A DNA stretch of 32,000 nt from Pyrodictium occultum (GTDB taxonomy: Archaea; Thermoproteota; Thermoprotei_A; Sulfolobales; Pyrodictiaceae), in the NCBI RefSeq assembly GCF_001462395.1, contig NZ_LNTB01000001.1, forward strand, positions 1,080,001 to 1,112,000, read 5' to 3'. Below the pieces are notes generated by a model. It had not been told where the DNA came from and did not search any database. It saw only the letters and a list, made by a program, of their open reading frames with translations. The translations under genes were made by a program, and so were the position numbers. Below are positions 27,050 to 32,000 of this stretch, piece after piece. Each line of letters starts with the position of its first letter. Position 1 is the first letter of the stretch.

Positions 27050-27250
27050 GGCCGGGATACCTCCGCATCGTGATCGCGTTTAGCTGCCAGCATCGAGCCT
27101 GTGCATAATAGTCTCCATCTAGTCCCGAGGATGGTGGGTTACCGGCCTCCCGGGGTAATAATTTAAGCTCGCGCACTGAGGGGTATCTAGATGTTGGGGA
27201 TAGTGGCCGACGCCACAGTATAATACCTGCCAGGTACTATAGGGCACGTA

Positions 27251-28363
27251 GTGACGGGTGACCTCACTACGCCACTCATAGATCGTTACGGTAGGCCTCT
27301 CACAAACCTCCGTATCATGGTTACGGGCCGATGTAACTTTTCCTGCTTCTTCTGCCACATGGAGGGCTATAGGGAGCAGGAGCTGGAGGAGAAGGAGCTA
27401 AGGCTTGACGAGATAGAGCTCATAGCCGAGGCCGCCCGCAGGCTCGATATTAGGGCCTTCAAGCTCACCGGAGGCGAGCCAACACTCCGGAGGGACCTCG
27501 CTAGGATAGTATCAATACTGAAGAGCAGGGGCAAGGCATACGTCTCTATAACGACTAACGGGTCGCTTATACACCACCATATGCCCGGCCTAGCAGACGC
27601 TGGAGTAGATCATGTGAACGTGAGCCTCCACTCCCTCTCAGCTAGCAAGTTCAAAGCCATAACCGGCTCCAACATGCTTGAGAGAGTTCTCAGCAACCTC
27701 AAACTGCTCCACGACTATGGTATACCGGTTAAAATAAACTTCGTGATACTCCGAGGGCTAAACGAGAACGACATAACAGGGGTGATAGACCTAGCCGCCA
27801 AGATGGGTGCAAGCGTACAGTTCATAGAGCTTCACCCGGTAGGCAAGGCAGCAAGGAGGTTCAATGAACACTATCTGCCAAGGTGGCGTGTGCTGGAGAA
27901 GCTTGAGGGAAGGGTGGTCGAGATAAAATACCGTATAGGCCTGCACAACCGACCGGTACTAATACTGGACAATGGGGTCAAGGTAGAGCTGGTGGGGCCT
28001 GTCGGTAACTTCATCTTCTGTGCTGGCTGTACGAGAATCAGAGTAACCTATGACTTCAAGCTCCTTCCATGCCTTAACTGGCGGGGTAAGCCGGTAGAGG
28101 TGAGGCCCAGGCTCCAGGGCCTAAAGGGCTTCGAGGAGAAGGTTGAGGCCGTTATATCTGCCATAAAGGAGGCTAACATGCTGCGGGCCCCCTATGTCCT
28201 CTATCCTCTGGGCTCAAAGCTTGTCCCGCCCCGGAGGCGCTGGCGGACCGCTAGGATAGGGCTGCCCAAGAGGGGTGGCTCACTGCACTTCACGGGGCCG
28301 CGTAGCGATCAGCTGCTTAGAAAAATGCTGGCGGAGTGGGGAGACTACACAGCCTTGAAATAA
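27251..28363 (+). CDS. moaA: GTP 3',8-cyclase MoaA (molybdenum cofactor biosynthesis, radical SAM)
   Basis: DRYGRPLTNLRIMVTGRCNFSCFFCH, ...KLTGGEPTLR..., and a C-terminal CAGCTRIRVT cluster. Confidence 0.85.
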   Translation: MTGDLTTPLIDRYGRPLTNLRIMVTGRCNFSCFFCHMEGYREQELEEKELRLDEIELIAEAARRLDIRAFKLTGGEPTLRRDLARIVSILKSRGKAYVSITTNGSLIHHHMPGLADAGVDHVNVSLHSLSASKFKAITGSNMLERVLSNLKLLHDYGIPVKINFVILRGLNENDITGVIDLAAKMGASVQFIELHPVGKAARRFNEHYLPRWRVLEKLEGRVVEIKYRIGLHNRPVLILDNGVKVELVGPVGNFIFCAGCTRIRVTYDFKLLPCLNWRGKPVEVRPRLQGLKGFEEKVEAVISAIKEANMLRAPYVLYPLGSKLVPPRRRWRTARIGLPKRGGSLHFTGPRSDQLLRKMLAEWGDYTALK

Positions 28364-28398
28364 CTGCCGGCTACGAGCCGTCTTCCCCTCTGCCAGCG

Positions 28399-29322
28399 TT
28401 AATGGAGGACCAGCTTTTCCAGTATCATTACTAGGTAGAGCATGCCCAGGTGCATGTTGGTCACCTTGAAGGCCCTCTTGGCGTAGATCTCGTCACCGCT
28501 CATTATGCTGTACTTGACTGCCATAGAGAATACGTGTATTGAGGCCAACAGCCCGTAGGCTAGCGAGGCTAAGCCTATTGCACCGTTGAGCCATAGGCCC
28601 ACAACCACGTAGCCCATAACGATAGCCCCAAAGCCTATCCCCATGGCCGTCACGTTGGGATCCGCTATGACGGGCAGCATTGGAACGTTAGCCTTCCTAT
28701 AGTCCTCGCGGTAGAAGGTTGCCAGGAACCATATGTGGGCCGGCACCCAGGCTACCACGAGCAGCGATAGTAGAAGACCGTTTACATCTATGACCCCGGT
28801 TGCGGCCGCCCATCCGCCTAGGGCGGGGGCGCCGCCGGCAATGGCTCCGGCTATAATGCTTAGCGGGGTCTTACGCTTTAACAGGATAGTGTAGGCCACT
28901 ATGTCGAAGAGGAAGCCGATCAATATTGCAACGCTATAATACACGTTTATGTGTAGAGCTGCTATTACTAGGGATGCTGCGAGTAGTATGCTTGAACCGG
29001 CAAGTACACTGCGGGGGTTCATCCTGCCAGCGGCCAGGGGCCTATCCTTGGTCCTAGGCATTGCAGCGTCTATGTCGCGGTCGAAGTACATGTTTAGCGC
29101 TGTGACTGCCGCTATAGAGATGTAGCCAAGCACTACTACTAACAAGTGAAACAGCAGAGGCTTATGGAACCCCCCGCCAAGGATAAAGGCTGTATACATG
29201 GAGAACGCTAGAAGCGTCGTCTGGCGCAGCTTTATGAGCGCAGCTATGTCCGCTACCAGCTTGCTGAGTCCGCCTGAACGCCCAGCGTATTGGGCCCTAA
29301 GTCCTGGACCGCGTTCCGCCAT
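28399..29322 (-). CDS. ctaB: Protoheme IX farnesyltransferase (heme O synthase, UbiA family)
   Basis: NMYFDRDIDAAMPRTKDRPLAAG, multiple TM helices, and ...YREDYRKANVPMLPV.... 307 aa. Confidence 0.85.
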   Translation of the reverse strand: MAERGPGLRAQYAGRSGGLSKLVADIAALIKLRQTTLLAFSMYTAFILGGGFHKPLLFHLLVVVLGYISIAAVTALNMYFDRDIDAAMPRTKDRPLAAGRMNPRSVLAGSSILLAASLVIAALHINVYYSVAILIGFLFDIVAYTILLKRKTPLSIIAGAIAGGAPALGGWAAATGVIDVNGLLLSLLVVAWVPAHIWFLATFYREDYRKANVPMLPVIADPNVTAMGIGFGAIVMGYVVVGLWLNGAIGLASLAYGLLASIHVFSMAVKYSIMSGDEIYAKRAFKVTNMHLGMLYLVMILEKLVLH

Positions 29323-29521
29323 CCCGTATCATTCCCCGATAGCCGTTCTAGCCGCGGATGAGCCTGGGCATGATAGACCGTGTAGGTCACTGTTTAGAGT
29401 GTTCAACCCGAGTATTCTAGCCCAGCGGCGCTCGGGAATATAAGATGCCCCCGCCGGGACCGGCTGACGGCACACTCGGGCCGCGGCGGGCTACAGCCTT
29501 TCGGGAGGGCGCGGGGCGTCT

Positions 29522-29857
29522 ATGCCGGGGTATTGTGTACACAGGGTTGACCTTAGGCTGGTGTCCCCGGATGCCTCACTGCTTTTCGAGTGCCTCCTAC
29601 GGGCCGGCGAGAAGCTGTGCAAGGAGTCCAACTGCGCACCGGGATCCAAGGCGGGCTGGCTCGTAGCAAGCAGGAAGACATGCCTCGTCACTATGAAGCC
29701 CCCGAAACCGGTTAGTGCCGGGCTTCACGCTATACCCGCCTCCTATGAAGCCGGCGTGGTCGTTGAATGCAGCGAGCCATCTGATGTTGTGGAGTCTGTG
29801 ATGCTTCTGGAAAGCCTGGCCTCAGAGTGCCGGGGTGTTGGGCTGATGCTCACCTAG
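29522..29857 (+). CDS. Possible Cys-rich hypothetical protein (111 aa)
   Basis: This is the only ATG-initiated ORF of reasonable composition in the 695-bp divergent spacer. It has 7 Cys and no recognised family, and it could be a chance ORF in GC-rich DNA. Confidence 0.3.
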   Translation: MPGYCVHRVDLRLVSPDASLLFECLLRAGEKLCKESNCAPGSKAGWLVASRKTCLVTMKPPKPVSAGLHAIPASYEAGVVVECSEPSDVVESVMLLESLASECRGVGLMLT

Positions 29858-30016
29858 GAGGACGGTGATGTGGACTAGCGGTCTCAGACCCCCCGGGGGG
29901 ATGAAGACACTCCCATGGGCTGAGCGTGCTAGAAGCCCTGGCGTTCCCCGCCTCTACGACAAGGGAACCCTATTATCCCTGGCTTTTGTCATGGGGTAGG
30001 CCAGGGTGTATATGTT

Positions 30017-30961
30017 TTGCCGGGCACTCTCCAGGGGAGGGATCTCCTATCCATACGCGACCTCTCGCGCGAGGAGATCCGCCTAATACTAGACACGGCT
30101 AAGCAGCTCAAGCAGCGCTACTATGCCGGCGAGCGTGTGATACCCGTACTCAAGGGTAAGACTATAGCGCTCCTCTTCGAGAAGCCCAGTACGCGAACCC
30201 GGGTCAGCATGGAGGTTGCGGCGGTCCAGCTCGGCGCCTACCCGCTGGTGCTCCGGAAGGGCGAGACCCAACTCAGCAGGGGAGAGCCCATCAAGGATAC
30301 TGCTAGGGTTCTTTCGCGCTATGTTGACGCTATAGCGGCTAGGGTGTATAGCCACAAGAGCCTAGAGGAGCTGGCAGCATACTCCACAGTCCCAGTGATA
30401 AACATGCTGAGTGATCTGGAGCACCCTCTGCAGGCGCTGGCCGACGCGCTCACAATCGAGGAGCGCTTCGGCAGCGTCAAGGGCGTGAAGGTTGCCTATG
30501 TGGGTGATGGGCGCAACAACGTTGCCCACAGCCTGCTGCTCGTAGTAGCGAAGCTGGGAGGCCACATAGCTATAGCGTCCCCGCCCGGGCTGCAGCCCCG
30601 CAGCGACGTGGTGGAGGCTGCACAGGCCGCCGCGGAGGAGAGCGGGGCAACTATAGAGATCCTCGAGGACCCCAGGGAGGCCGTGCGAGGGGCTGATGTA
30701 GTATACACGGACGTATGGGTAAGCATGGGGGAGGAGGGAGAGGCCGAGCAGAGACGCAGGATGCTGAGAGGCTACCAGGTCAACGAGCAGCTCATGTCTC
30801 TAGCGTCGAGCAGGGCAGTGTTCATGCACTGCTTGCCAGCCCACCGTGGGGAGGAGGTAACGGAGGAGGTAATAGAGGGCCCCTGGAGCATTGTATGGGA
30901 CCAGGCTGAGAATAGGCTGCATGTACAAAAAGCCGTGCTAGCCCTGCTACTCTCCCCCTAG
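30017..30961 (+). CDS. argF: Ornithine carbamoyltransferase
   Basis: [28 protein letters not shown] and [11 protein letters not shown] motifs. 314 aa, TTG start. Confidence 0.85.
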   Translation: MPGTLQGRDLLSIRDLSREEIRLILDTAKQLKQRYYAGERVIPVLKGKTIALLFEKPSTRTRVSMEVAAVQLGAYPLVLRKGETQLSRGEPIKDTARVLSRYVDAIAARVYSHKSLEELAAYSTVPVINMLSDLEHPLQALADALTIEERFGSVKGVKVAYVGDGRNNVAHSLLLVVAKLGGHIAIASPPGLQPRSDVVEAAQAAAEESGATIEILEDPREAVRGADVVYTDVWVSMGEEGEAEQRRRMLRGYQVNEQLMSLASSRAVFMHCLPAHRGEEVTEEVIEGPWSIVWDQAENRLHVQKAVLALLLSP

Positions 30962-30966
30962 CGCCC

Positions 30967-31452
30967 TCAAGGCCTAACCCGGCGGACTGACACGCCCAGC
31001 TCCTGAGCCGCCTTTTTAGCCTCCTCGGAGAGCCTCGGCCCAGACCCGTAGAGCACAAGCACCGGCGAGGCGTTTATCGACCTAGCCTTCTCCGAGAGAG
31101 CCTCCACAGCCTCGCGCCCGAGGATCTTGGACTCCGCCACCACGTCGACCGCCAGCACGCGGCCCTCCTTCCTGGCAACGAAGGACAGCCTGCCCTTAGC
31201 AGTGTTAAACCACATCCTGACACTGTAGCCTGCCTCAACGTACAGGCCGGCAACCCTGCCCTCTATGCCGTACTTCTCCTCGAGCTTCCTCTTCTGGAAC
31301 ACTATCTCCGCCAGGGTCAAGGCGTCCCTGCACCCCGGAGGAGCCGGCGCCGCGACCAGCCTTTTTATTGCTTCACAGAGAAGCGGGCCCTCCAAGGATG
31401 CCCTGGTGGCCGGCGCGGAGGCCGCCATAGGCATAGCAGGCATGCTATTCAT
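30967..31452 (-). CDS. Hypothetical protein with a restriction-endonuclease-like (Mrr_cat-type) fold signature
   Basis: GRVAGLYVEAGYSVRMW...GRLSFVARKEGRVLAVDVVAESK...SPVLVLYGSGPRLSEEAKKAAQELGVSV follows the Mrr_cat topology, but the first acidic position appears replaced. The start is uncertain because the N-terminus overlaps the divergent gene. Confidence 0.35.
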   Translation of the reverse strand: MNSMPAMPMAASAPATRASLEGPLLCEAIKRLVAAPAPPGCRDALTLAEIVFQKRKLEEKYGIEGRVAGLYVEAGYSVRMWFNTAKGRLSFVARKEGRVLAVDVVAESKILGREAVEALSEKARSINASPVLVLYGSGPRLSEEAKKAAQELGVSVRRVRP

Positions 31453-31669
31453 AATAGCCGGGTGGGCTGCCTCACTCCAGGCTACACCCCCGCTACGGCT
31501 GAGCGTCCTCTACTTCATAGGAAGCCTCCTGCTCACGATCTACGCCTTTGTAATACGCGACCCTATATTCACCCTACTCAACGCCCTCGCCTCCGCACTT
31601 GCATTAGCGAATATAGCTAGAGCCTTGAAGCTGAGGGCGGAGGCAAGCCAGAGGCCGGGGGTGAAGTAG
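31442..31669 (+). CDS. Small membrane protein (about 75 aa; PQ-loop/SemiSWEET-like tail is a weak guess)
   Basis: MLFIIAGWAASLQATPPLRLSVLYFIGSLLLTIYAFVIRDPIFTLLNALASALALANIARALK. The upstream part of ORF 31265..31669 is antisense to the previous gene, so I take ATG 31442 as the start. Confidence 0.35.
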   Translation: MLFIIAGWAASLQATPPLRLSVLYFIGSLLLTIYAFVIRDPIFTLLNALASALALANIARALKLRAEASQRPGVK

Positions 31670-31674
31670 AGACA

Positions 31675-32000
31675 TTGGCCAAAGCAGTCAGGGGCGCCGG
31701 AAAGGCCGAGAGGAGAGAGCCGCTACTCTCAAGGCTGTTCGGGAACCGGGTGTTCCTCGCGGTAGCAGCAGCGTCTATCGTGGCGCTGCTCACCATACTA
31801 GCGTTCTACATCAGGGCGCTGCCATACCAGAACTACAATCTCATCTACCATAGGGCGCTCAGCCTGGGCCCAGGCGACAAGGCCAAGTTCGCGTTTATAG
31901 ACGCCAACGACCCCTGGATAGAGTACTGGCTGGCATCATACCTTAGGAGCCACGGCATAGGGTCCTGGACGAGGCTTACGACGGATAACCCGGATACGCA
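31675..32000 (+). CDS. aglB: Oligosaccharyltransferase AglB/STT3, N-terminal part (continues beyond the window)
   Basis: TTG 31675 opens a frame to the window end: LAKAVRGAGKAERREPLLSRLFGNRVFLAVAAASIVALLTILAFYIRALPYQ...FIDANDPWIEYWLASYL.... This gives a TM1 followed by a D-x-D-containing first loop typical of STT3/AglB. Confidence 0.55.
   Translation, partial: MAKAVRGAGKAERREPLLSRLFGNRVFLAVAAASIVALLTILAFYIRALPYQNYNLIYHRALSLGPGDKAKFAFIDANDPWIEYWLASYLRSHGIGSWTRLTTDNPDT

Noticed and set aside
29323-30016. RNase P RNA or SRP RNA in the long ctaB-argF spacer
   Set aside because: The conserved CR-I (GAGGAAAGUCC) and SRP helix-8 (GGAA...AGCA) motifs were not found on either strand. It is kept only as an open question in the findings.
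1-32000. CRISPR arrays, rRNA genes, additional tRNAs, IS elements with terminal inverted repeats
   Set aside because: No regularly spaced direct repeats, rRNA-like segments, further T-loop/acceptor combinations or IS termini were seen on visual scanning. A computational scan (tRNAscan-SE, CRISPR finders, ISfinder) would be needed for certainty.

Overview
The window looks like a chromosomal segment of a hyperthermophilic crenarchaeon, probably Desulfurococcales or Aeropyrum-like. Support: high G+C, ATA/AGG/CTA-rich codon usage, frequent GTG/TTG starts, and the gene content (crenarchaeal lysine methyltransferase aKMT, herA-mre11-rad50 plus nurA, archaeal-type phosphoglycerate mutase, AglB). Bases ~4,800-32,000 are tightly packed housekeeping genes: ArgRS with an adjacent tRNA-Arg, CysRS, glutamine synthetase, MoaA, heme O synthase, ornithine carbamoyltransferase, the DSB-repair cluster, and several small conserved hypotheticals. 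The exception is ~235-4,195, a sharply AT-rich island. It carries a truncated, frameshifted tyrosine-recombinase fragment at its left edge and a broken HTH gene at its right edge. Between them lies an intact, translationally coupled two-gene operon (404 aa and 554 aa) that I cannot assign to any family. The 554-aa protein ends in a PD-(D/E)xK-nuclease-like signature. This cassette is my best candidate for an undescribed system (defence or mobile-element maintenance). All family calls are motif recognition by eye with no database search. No CRISPR array or rRNA was seen, and only one tRNA.
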